A DNA stretch of 20,000 nt. Source: Atractiella rhizophila. Taxonomy: Eukaryota. The stretch covers positions 44,240 to 64,239 of the forward strand of contig MU271421.1 in assembly GCA_021432655.1 (NCBI GenBank), in the 5' to 3' direction. Every line of letters begins with the position of its first letter. Within the stretch, counting starts at the first letter, position 1. The position numbers and the translations under genes are program-made. Under the pieces are notes generated by a model that ran no database searches, was not told where the DNA came from, and saw only the letters and a program-made list of their open reading frames with translations. Below are positions 9,013 through 19,730 of this stretch, piece by piece.

Positions 9013-11715
9013 ATGAGTAGCAATTCTTCCATTGAGAAAGACGAACGGAACCCTGGAAATGTAGCTTTGGACAGCGATTCCATAAAAAAGTCCTTTGATG
9101 GCATCGAAGCCGGAATCAAACCGTCCAGCTCGACAGAGGACAACATTTTCGAAGATGCTGCTTTGGGCAAGTTTTATGTTCCAAGAGATGACTATGAGGG
9201 AAAACACAGGTGATCTTTGTTTTTCTACAAGAATTGAAGGAAGATCCGACATACAATTAGATTTGACCCATCAGCAAGTTGGGAGGCTTCGGAGGAGAGC
9301 AAACTATTGAGGAAGGTGGACTACAAGATTTTCGCCTGGTGTGCTTCTTCCTTGCTTTTCTGACGTGGCTCACGATACCTTTCAATAGGGTGTGCTTGAT
9401 GTTTTTTGCACTCCAGCTGGATCGAGGTAGGACTCTGCACAGTCCTGCTATTTCATGACGAAATTTGATGATTTCTCAGGCAACATCAGTCAAGCTTTAT
9501 CGGACAACTTTCTCAAAGATCTCGGACTCACGACGGATGATTACAACAATGGCCAGGTCTGTGAACTGCTTCCTCTACGAAGACGAGTTGACTTGGAATG
9601 ACAGACCATCTTTTACTGCTCTTTTCTCTTCATGGAGGTACGGCTTCGTCTATTCTTCCGACACTTTGTCAAACAAAGTTATGTAGCTCCCTTCCCAATT
9701 GATTAGCAAGCGTCTCGGGGTCGATGTTTGGATTCCAATCCAAATGGTCGCATGGTCTGCTGTCGCGGTTTGTGGTTTCCTTTCTTCAAGGCGATAGTTT
9801 CATTCGATTCTTGTGAAGGCGTCCCAATCGAGAATCACTGGAAGAACGACGTTCTACATTACTCGTTGGCTTCTCGGTGCTCTTGAGGGAGGCTTCATTC
9901 CTGACGTGAGTTCAATACCCTTCCTTCTTCGCGGACCAACGTGCACATCAGATTATTTTGTACCTGAGCTACTGGTATAAGCGAGAGGAACTGCCTATCC
10001 GCCTAAGCTTCTTTTGGACTACTCTGACAAGCACAAATATAATCGGTTGGTTCATCTCCCCTCTGATTCTTTCGCATAACTAAATAAGTCGAAGGGTCAT
10101 TCCTCGCGTATGGAATCTTGCACCTGCGTGATCATAGAGGTTGGGAAGGCTGGAGGTAAGGTTTTGGACTGTGCTGTGCTATCTCGCAGTACTAAAGAAA
10201 AGACGCACAGATATCTGTTCCTCATTGAAGGTGCGTCACAGCTCGATGCTCGAGGCGGCATTGGAAAATGACGCATCCGATCTCAAATCAGGATCGATCA
10301 CGGCTCTGATTGGAGTCTTGTCCTTTTGGTATCTTCCTCCTTCGCCAACTCAAACAAAGAGTTGGTTTCGCGGCAAGAACGGTTGGTTTTCAGAGCGCGA
10401 AGAGGTTCGTAATCCAGCTTCATCTGGCAGCGCGGAAACTGAGACTGGTGGCAGGTCATCCTGGTCTGTTGTCTTCAATAGTGTAAATCGTCACTGTACT
10501 CATGAATTATACTTCACATTAGGTCAATCGCATTGTAGGCATTCTTCTCTTCACCTATCGCCTAAACTGACGGTCAACGTTCAGTTACGCGACGATCCCA
10601 GCAAAGGGTGAGTTGTTGTCTTTTTGTGTCGCGACAACTAAAGGATCTCCAGGGACATGCATAATCGTCAAGGACTGAGTGTGCAAATGTTCCGAGACTC
10701 GTTAGCCGATTACGACATGTGGTTACTTTACCTCGTCCGTCTTTCATCTTGCTTCATGTCACCAACCAACTCAGTCCACGCAAACCCACAGCTAGGACTG
10801 CTAATCTTCATCCCCATGACCCCTCCCAGTTCCTACCTCACCCTCACCCTCCGTCAACTCGGCTTCAACACCTTCAAGACCAACCTGCTCGTCATCCCCG
10901 CCAACGTCCTGCTCATGATCCAAATGATAGTTCTCGCGCGTGTGTCGCGACGTATCAAGGAGAGAGCTTTCACCGCCATGTTGGGGAGTCTTTGGGTCTT
11001 CCCCCTCCTCATCACTCTCATCTTCTTGCCCGCCGACGTCAACCATTGGGGCAAGTATGCGGTCTTGGTGCTCTTGCTTGGATACCCTTATTGTCATCCC
11101 ATCTTGGGTCAGTAGTACCTACGATTGTGGGACGTGATGTGTGACAATGGGTGATGCAGTGGCTTGGAATTCGGCGAACAGTAATTCTGTAAGGACGAGA
11201 ACGATCAGCGCGAGCTTGTACAATATGTCGGTGCGTTCGTTCTCCTTTACCCACAAACTCCCGTTCAGGTGTGGTACGCAGGTCCAGCTTGGGAACATTG
11301 TTTCGACACAAATTTATCGCGCAGATGACGCTCCACTGTGTTCGTTCTTTCTTCGTCCACCTTTTCCGACGAAGTTCACATCTCGTCGAGAATAGACCGA
11401 AGGGGGAACAAAATTCTGCTAGGGATCAACGTAGCCTCTATCTTCGTCTTTCTCATTACAAAGGTGTATTACAGTCAGAGGAACAAGTGGAAGGCTAGGA
11501 GGTGGGATGCGATGACTGTCGAGGTACGAGTTTCTTGGTTATCTACATGCATGTGGATGCAACCAGTACTAATGCCGTGTTATGAGCAGGAAAAAGAGAA
11601 CTATCTCGCTACAACGACTGACAAAGGAAACAAAAGGTAAGCAGCCCTCCAAGCTAAGACTACGGGATAGACTAACGATCAATTCTACAGGCTGGATTTT
11701 CGATTCTTTCATTGA
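9013..11715 (+). CDS. MFS transporter, allantoate permease (Dal5/ACS) family, SOA1(YIL166C)/AstA-like sulfonate/sulfate permease; ~20 introns
   Basis: Spliced translation gives [126 protein letters not shown] and TTTDKGNKRLDFRFFH*. These motifs are characteristic of the SOA1/AstA clade. Confidence 0.92.
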
Positions 11716-12092
11716 TTTCGGTGTTGGGCTTGCACAAAAGGGTTGGCATGGGCTTAGGATGGGATAGAATGGGTTGTATTGGCAACATTCATGATAACGA
11801 AGACTGATTGGCACGAAATAGAATACATTAAAGAATCCTGGGTTCAATTGTGATGGTCACAATGAATTTTACACTCAGTGACAGCAAAAAGCGGAAAGGA
11901 GCTTCCGTCTCATGCAGCAATTGAATATTGCCTGGGAAGCAGGTTGGACATAAATCGCGTAATAGAAGAGAAGAATCGCGTCGCTTTCCTAAACATAACG
12001 AAAAAGGAAGCGAGAAAGGAGATAATATGGATGGACAGAAAAATGAACGCGTCGAGATCAGAATCCATGATGTCGGGGTCGGGGCACCACAG

Positions 12093-12493
12093 TCAATCGT
12101 CGGGATCGACTCCAAGCTTGTCGTACATCTCCTTCACGCTACACCTTTCGAAATTCGCCAATTTTCCAATGAGGATCTGTGCCGCGTCCTGTTTCGTCAA
12201 TGGATTGAACATCATCACGATGATTTGACAGGTTGGACAACAAAACGTTAAGTACTCTGTGGACGCGTCAAAAGGCGAAATATCTCACTCGACATTCGTT
12301 GTATTGATGGAGCAGCTTGATATGCTCGTCTACGATCGATTGAGGATCTAAGTTGCTTGAAATTACATTGTTTATTTCGTTTGAGCAAGGGGTGGATAAA
12401 GCACGCTCACCCTAAGAATGCCTCAAGCTCGGCCACTTCTTTCTTCACTGCTATCAGCTTGAGCTCTTGTTTGCTCGCAGTGGGGTTCTGCAT
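12093..12493 (-). CDS. swi5: Swi5/Sae3-family DNA recombination/repair protein, 81 aa; exons 12493-12411, 12355-12289, 12188-12093
   Basis: Phase-consistent splicing gives MQNPTASKQELKLIAVKKEVAELEAFLGNLDPQSIVDEHIKLLHQYNECRDAAQILIGKLANFERCSVKEMYDKLGVDPDD*. This matches the Swi5/Sae3 signature HIxxLHxYNExKD...LIGKLA and the family's small size. Confidence 0.88.
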
Positions 12494-12619
12494 CTTGGAA
12501 GAATAATACTGCTGCTGCTTGGAATCAGCTGTATTAACGTATATAATGTTCAAGTAATGTTGTAAAAATATCGCCGCATCTCGCAAATTCGCTCCTGATA
12601 TGACCAGGAGAACGACGAA

Positions 12620-14271
12620 ATGATTGTTCCACCCGAGAACCCGCCTCAGAGCACCTCCCAGCCCCCTGCACCCTCCCACGAAACACAGGCCCACACTCAT
12701 CCTCACCGCCGGCGAGAAGGAAGCGGGAGTCACCATGCGCGCCGCCCACGGAAGTCGATCACCATCCTCTCCCACACGGCGTCCGGGGAGCCCTCCCTCG
12801 TGTCCTTCGACCCGGACGAGCAGCCGCCGCCGTATGCTGCTGCTCCTCCCGCGCTGGACGGTGCGGATGGGGCGGAGGAGGATGTTGCTTTTCCTCCGTC
12901 GCCCACCGCACATACTCACTCTCACCCTCACTCCCACTCCCACTCACACCCTGCGGCCGTGACAAGCGAAACTACGCCCCTCCTCCCGTCTAGTCGCCAT
13001 CCTCACTCCGCCCCCTCTGCTTTCCATCGGTATTTCTACAGACTAGTAGATAAGAAGTCCTGGTTCGCTCTCTCTTACCTCCTCGCACTCAACGTCCCTC
13101 TCGCACTCCTGGCATGGGTCTTCGCTTTCGTCGGAACGGTATTGGGAACGACGCTGTTGTTGACTTTGCCCCTTGGAGTCTGTGTTTGGTGGGTCACGTT
13201 GGTCGGCGTGAGAGCTGGGGGGAGGGCAGAGGTATGTATTCATGTTTTAGGAGGTGTTGGTGCTTTCGATCTTGCTGTGAGAATGATTCCCATTCTCATT
13301 CATGTGGAGAGATGAGGATTCTCTTTTTATCGGCACCTTCCATGAGATGAGGAGTGGATTCCTTCATTTCAATTCGTAACAACAAGGGGTAACCTACTTT
13401 CTCCATATTCCATAATTCCGCAAATATCTAATACTGGATGCACATTGATGTTGGCCTGTTCTCGCCCTTTTTCTCCTCATATATGTTCATCTATGACGCG
13501 CGTTGTTGAGGTATGAGTATACCTCCGATGTGAACGATGTGCTTCAACAACGGCAATGGGGAGCACTGGCACTTTTATTTGTTTTTATTGCATGATATTG
13601 TTGAACGTATTCCAACACCGTTTTGTCAACTGGAGAGCTCAAGTATTTGGTGACTGACCTCGCTTCCTCCAGCTCCTAATCCAATACACATTCAACCCAC
13701 CCTCCAACCCTTCCCCTCCCCCTCCTCCCCGTCCAATCTTCCACCGCGACTCCCGCTCGCTCCGAATGCAACACGCCTCCCTCCTCCTCGAGACCGGCTC
13801 CGAAGGAGACTCCGACGTCTCCCTCCCTGCCTCCCGGTCTCCCTTCATCGCCGAATCATACCTCCTCGTCAGTATTCCGCATCCTCCCTCTCCTTCCCTC
13901 CCTTCCCATTCGTTCAATTGTTAACTGAAGAGACCACTGGTTTTGATGTTTGATGTTTGATTTTTGATGGATGGGATGGGATGGTGACAGTTCACAGACC
14001 CATACTCCTTCCGCTGCCTCCTCTACTTCCTCATCCCCAAAGCTTGCATCGCCCTCTCCCTCTTCATCCTCTTCCTCGTCCTCACCGCCGCAGTTGGGAT
14101 CGGGACCCTCGGATTGGGAATGCCGTTGGTCTTGAGGTGGGCACGTCGCGCCGGCGGTTGGCAGAGGTACGTGTTGTCCCTTCCTTCCCATTCTGTGAAC
14201 TGTCGCTGATCGTCAGCATGTGTGGTTGGAATGTGATGTACAGGAGAGTCGCGTTGGATATGTTGCGGTGA
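12620..14271 (+). CDS. Uncharacterised membrane protein, ~336 aa, with a putative sensor-like (PF13796-type) TM region; exons 12620-13231, 13673-13867, 13991-14166, 14244-14271
   Basis: Phase-consistent GT-AG introns. A disordered N-terminal tail with PPPY, a His-rich repeat and ETTPLL is followed by two hydrophobic blocks (DKKSWFALSYLLALNVPLALLAW...LPLG and FTDPYSFRCLLYFLIPK...). The domain call is from recalled similarity only. Confidence 0.78.
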
Positions 14272-14760
14272 ACTAGACAATCTTATCGTACGCCTCATGG
14301 ACGGCTGACCATTTACGGACTTTGAATCATCCCCAACGTTTCTGGTTGCGTTTCTTGGAAGATCGGCGTCAGACGCCATCTCGATGTGGGCGGTTGGATG
14401 TAACATCGACGGGTCGACATGTCATGCACGGTGCGGTTGGATGTGTGTGGCATCATGCAGTATGGACGCTTGTAGTGCAGCGACTGTGGCTCGTGGCTTG
14501 GAGCGTCTGCAGAGTACATGTCGACTAATGTCACAATGTTTCATCCATTTCTCATTACCACTTCGCAGTAAGATACATGGTAGAGGTAGAGTCACTTCAG
14601 TGATTGTGTTTTGGTTAGCATCATTAATATCCTATGAACTGGGCATGAGATTACAATGAGCACTAAGTAAATGTATCTGTGTAAAGCCAAAGGTCAGAAA
14701 ACACATACCGAAACTGCTAGAGAACATACCTGCTTGAAAAATGGCTCCAAAACGATCAAA

Positions 14761-17700
14761 CTAACCATCCCTCTTTCGTTCCAATTCTTGTTGCCTCACC
14801 AACTCGAAATACGTTCCTCTAGCGTTCATCAACGTTTTGTGGTTCCCAACTTCTACAACTCTCCCTTCAGACGACGTATATCCGCGTGGCATTCTGGATG
14901 GTGCTCAGTCGGTGGGCAACGGCGATCGTACCTGAAGCGAAGGTGGTCAGAACTTTTGAGAATGGTGCAGCGCAAGGCAGATGACATACCGCGGCCTTGT
15001 GCAGCAGAATCGAGTGCGGCTTGTACCACCTTCTCAGATTCTGAATCCAGTGCGCTCGTTGCTGTAAAGGCACCGTTTAAGACAAGTAAGCAAGCGCTAG
15101 CTGTGAAACGCACCTTCGTCAAGCAAGAGGATTCGTGGGTTCCTAGAAAGATCTTAGCGACCGCTATTTGATAGAGAGAGGGCAAACCAACCGTATCAGG
15201 GCACGCGCGATAGCAATGCGTTGTTTCTAAATAACGTCTCTCTCTCAGACTCAGTTCTGACTATAAGACATCACGTACTTGACCACCACTCAGAGCTGCT
15301 CCTTTGCCGCCGACTTCCGTGTCATATCCATCTGGTAAAGTCGAGATAAACTGTGATACAAGTCAGGCAAAGTAAATGTCGTGCAATTCAAGACGCACAT
15401 CATGAATGTTGGCGCTTTTGCATGCTTGTTCAACCTCCTCTTGAGTGACTTGGTCCATCGGCTTCGTTGATCCAAGCATGACATTGAACTTGATGCTGCC
15501 AGAGAAAAGAGTCTACCAAAGGCATTCAATGTAAGACCAATAAAGGAAACGGTTCATACAGGCTCTTGGCTAACAAGCGCTATTTGTGAACGGTAATCTT
15601 TCACGTTAAGGTCTCGAATGTTGACGCCATCCAAGAGAATTTGACCTGAGCGCTTCATTCAACTTGCATGGAATCTCATCCAGGCTAGACGTACCTCCTA
15701 AGGGATCATAGAATCTCTCCACGAGTTGAACTATCGTCGATTTGCCACAACCGCTCTATTCGGCAGCTCAGTTCCTGCACTGTTAAAAATGAACCGTCTC
15801 ACCTGTCCGACGAGGGCAACAAACTCTCCCGCGTTGAGTTCGATATTGAGACCGCGTAACACAGGTCTGCAAAATTATTTCAACATTCGCACAGGGTTGA
15901 GCAAGACACCCACATGTCTGGACGTGTAGGATAGTTGAATCGCACATTCCTGAACTCAAGTTTGTTGATTTCTTTCTCATCCGAAAGCTTCTTTCCGTCC
16001 TCGGATTCATCGTCAACTTTTGGCCCTGTATGCTCTAGTCAGCTTAAGAAACTTGAAAAGGAAAATGGAGCGTACGGGAGTCCATCAGGTTCAAAATGTC
16101 GCTCGCCGCACCTCGTCCCTGAGACGCATCCGGGACAAATGTGAAGATATTTCCAACATTATTGGCTCCAAAAATGACGGCAATAAGACATATGAAGAAT
16201 ACCCTCGTCTACTTCAAATGTGAGCAGGTGTAGTAAACGAAGGTGTGGCGACGAACAGAATAACCTTCGTTGACCAGGAGTCGTGAGCCCCACCAGAAGA
16301 TCAGTGCCAATATCCAGAACATTCCCGCTAAACCTCTCATATTAGCACACAAGACAACGTTTCGACGCGGACGCTACCTTGAGTGAAAGCGAACCTGTGG
16401 AACGGTTAGAAAGTTGTGATAGCTAGGACTACTGACGCACAGCAGGTTACCCCAAAGCGTATGCAGGTTGTTCCTTCGAGCTGGCGCATTCAGAGCTTCG
16501 CTGTATTCCTTTACACAAGGATCCTCTCGAGTGAGGGCTAATCCATCCATTTGCTTAACTCTCCTGCATCTATGGAGAACACGTACAAGCGACCGTTCTG
16601 ATGGCACTCGCGCATTCGCATGCTTTTTGGGCAGAGTCTGACCCATCGATGAGCAGAGGCCACATAACGGAAAGGAAGAGGCACCTTCGTAAGAAGTTCG
16701 AGTGAGCTTGTCTTTCAGCACCACAACCTTCAGGCGAACAATGCCTGCTCCGACTGTGATGCTATCCATGGAATTACTTGATTGCCCTCAGAGAGAGGAA
16801 GCAAACACACGGGAGACAAGCTAGGCCTGTAGAGAGAATGCGATTGAGCGCACAACGTCACGGCAAACACATCGCTTACCAACCTAGAATTTTATCAGCC
16901 AGTATAAATCAATGCAGGGACGAGACTCACAATAGCAATTTTCCAGCCATAGGCAAGACCAACTTCACAGATGACATCAATTCATCTAGCTTCGCTCGGT
17001 AGAAAGACGACTCACCTATGGCACCACCGAGAAGAGTTAACATGTTCTGGAATATAACACCAAGTGTTTCTCCTGAGAGGGGATTGAACTGATCGGTCCT
17101 GATTTAGCCACTATCCACTGACAGCGTCAGATTTTAACGAACCTTCTCTGGCTTGTCCGATATGGCAGACGTAAGAGCACCAGCAGAATTCCGATCTTCG
17201 TCAAAGAACGCGATATCCTGCTTTAGCGTCGATTGGAACATAATCAGTCTGAGGGTACGAGACATGGCCTCTCCACATCAATTCATCTAGCTTCGCTCGG
17301 TAGAAAGACGACTCACCTATGGCACCACCGAGAAGAGTTAACATGTTCTGGAATATAACACCAAGTGTTTCTCCTGAGAGGGGATTGAACTGATCGGTCC
17401 TGATTTAGCCACTATCCACTGACAGCGTCAGATTTTAACGAACCTTCTCTGGCTTGTCCGATATGGCAGACGTAAGAGCACCAGCAGAATTCCGATCTTC
17501 GTCAAAGAACGCGATATCCTGCTTTAGCGTCGATTGGAACATAATCAGTCTGAGGGTACGAGACATGGCCTCTCCAGCCCAACGATAACAGTACGTTTGT
17601 ACTAGAATCGCTGTTGATGCAACCAGAGCGAGAGCGAAGAGATACAGCCTGCAAGGGTTAAATGAGCAAGCAGATGATGATAGAGAATAAACGGACGAAT

Positions 17701-19730
17701 AACGATTCCCTTGCTCTCTCAACTCGTGATGGTCAGTGAGAGAGAATGCCCCGAGCGCACCACCGAAAATGATTCCAAAGACGGGATAGACCATGCCATT
17801 CGCTGCCACGCCAACCAGACCCAAGAGGTAATATCCTCGTGCCTCCCGGTTAACCTTTGCCATCCTCCAAAAGATAGTGCGCAAAGAATTTTCGCGTTTA
17901 AAAATGCTCTTCTCATCCTCCTTCTCCCCCATCGAGCCAACCGTGGACTTTCGGGTCAGTTGTCGACTCAGTTTGCTCATCGAAATTTCCTCTTTGTCTT
18001 CCATATCCATCTCATCCTTCTCTTCGTCCCTAGGCAAAAGGGTCTTCTCCTCATCTCTCCCTTCCTCGAATTTCTGAGCTCTAACAAGTCCCGCGTAGGT
18101 CCCATTCAGATCCATGAGCTCGTTATGGGTTCCCCTTTCAACGATCTCGCCGTTAGCCATGCAGATGATCTGTTCTGCGTTACGAATGAAAGAATTTTCG
18201 CGTTTAAAAATGCTCTTCTCATCCTCCTTCTCCCCCATCGAGCCAACCGTGGACTTTCGGGTCAGTTGTCGACTCAGTTTGCTCATCGAAATTTCCTCTT
18301 TGTCCTCCATATCCATCTCGTCCTTCTCTTCGTCCCTAGGCAAAAGGGTCTTCTCCTCATCTCGCCCTTCCTCGAATTTCTGAGCTCTAACAAGTCCTGC
18401 GTAGGTCCCATTCAGATCCATGAGTTCGTTATGGGTTCCCCTTTCAACGATCTCGCCGTTAGCCATGCAGATGATCTGTTCTGCGTTACGGATGGTGGAA
18501 AGCCGATGTGCGATGGAGATAGTCGTCCTTCCCGCAGAAGCTTTATCTAGGGCATCTTGAACGAGTACTTCGGAGTTGGAGTCGAGAGCGGACGTTGCCT
18601 GTTGCTCATCAGCTCACCAGTTCATCAAAACCACATGGAGGGACAAACTTCGTCAAGCAACAAAATAGGTGGATTGGAAATGATAGCTCTCGCAATCGCG
18701 ATCCTCTGCTTCTGTCCTCCCGAAAGCAGCATTCCTCTCTCTCCAATCTTCGTCTCATACCCCTCACTAAAACCCATCACGAAATCATGCGCATTTGCCT
18801 TCTTCGCGGCGTCAACAACCAACTCTCTGACCTTCTCCTCCTCCGCATTCTCCCACTCCGTCCCAACAAGTCCATACGCGATGTTCTCTTTTATTGATGC
18901 CTTGAACAACGTCGGTTCTTGTGCCACCAACCCGATTTGGGAGCGGAGCCATTTGACATTCAAGTCGTTGATGTCCACACCGTCCAAGCTGATCGAACCT
19001 GCTATTGGGTCGTAGAAGCGCTCCAGCAGACAAACGATCGTGCTCTTCCCACTCCCGCTGGCGCCGACCAAAGCCGTCGTCTTGCCTGGGGGGAAGATGG
19101 CAGATACGCTTTTCAGGACTTGCACTTTCGGACGGGCTGGATATCTAACCTCGCGCCGCCTGGTGAGATGCCCTGTCAAAAGGTGAAGGAGAGGACGAAC
19201 ATGAAATCCAGGTTTTGGATCTCGATCAGACCTGTTACTTTCTCTAATTTCTTCCCTGCTTCGGATGCAGAGTCGATAGGCGGTACACGGTCGATGGTCG
19301 CGAAGATCTATCGTCTAGTCATTAGGCATTCTTTACACGGTCGAGGGAATGGAAGGGTACATACCTTCGCTCCGGCTGCTCGAGCTGTGGTGAACGCTTG
19401 CAGGTTCGGGGCAGCCTGAGAGAGCGCGAAGGAACCCATGATGATCTACTCCTTCAGATTCAGACATATGGCACCTTGTAGTGAGAGGGATGGACAGACA
19501 GAGAAAAAGACTGTGACGATCTCTCCTCCGTCCGTCGAACCATCGATGATCAACGTTGTCCCGTACTATCATCCACTCCACATCAGTTTTCTTCTTTTAT
19601 CGATAGAGTGGACAGGACATACCCAAAAGGCGAGAGCATAAGCAGCATAAACGACAAAAAACATTAATCCGAGTCCAGCCGCATGAAAGAAGCCTCCTCT
19701 AACACCCAACGCTCTCGCTCTCTCATTCGG
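14761..19730 (-). CDS. ABCB (MDR/P-glycoprotein-type) ABC transporter, multi-exon; N-terminal part of TMD1 not found in the window
   Basis: NBD1 has [37 protein letters not shown] and [11 protein letters not shown]2 has [18 protein letters not shown] and [12 protein letters not shown]2 has [35 protein letters not shown] and [12 protein letters not shown]; stop TAG at 14761-14763. Recognisable sequence begins at [13 protein letters not shown] (~19730). Confidence 0.93.
16974..17575. repeat. Direct tandem duplication, 301-bp unit (16974-17274 and 17275-17575) inside the ABC gene
   Basis: Both units run ACATCAATTCATCTAGC...GACATGGCCTCTCC. No differences seen by eye. Confidence 0.97.
17883..18494. 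repeat. Direct tandem duplication, 306-bp unit (17883-18188 and 18189-18494), in frame inside the ABC gene
   Basis: Both units start AAAGAATTTTCGCG. I counted 6 substitutions, all synonymous. The repeated [14 protein letters not shown]...FKRENS peptide is visible in ORF 17435..18466. Confidence 0.97.

Noticed and set aside
11828..12251. ORFs 11828..12115, 11878..12228 and 11928..12251
   Set aside because: They overlap the Swi5 last exon and 3' region in other frames or on the opposite strand; no independent support.
14280..14760. Short ORFs between the membrane-protein gene and the ABC gene
   Set aside because: Region of convergent 3' UTRs; translations lack motifs.
7..18494. Repeats interpreted as transposon LTRs, CRISPR arrays or RIP-mutated copies, or as caused by the nearby swi5 gene
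   Set aside because: The units are ordinary gene sequence with no spacers, terminal repeats or transposase. Differences concentrate at synonymous sites rather than showing a one-directional C-to-T pattern. Nothing beyond proximity links swi5 to them.
17711..19419. Long + strand ORFs (17711..18550, 18557..19015, 18919..19419)
   Set aside because: Antisense to well-supported ABC transporter exons.
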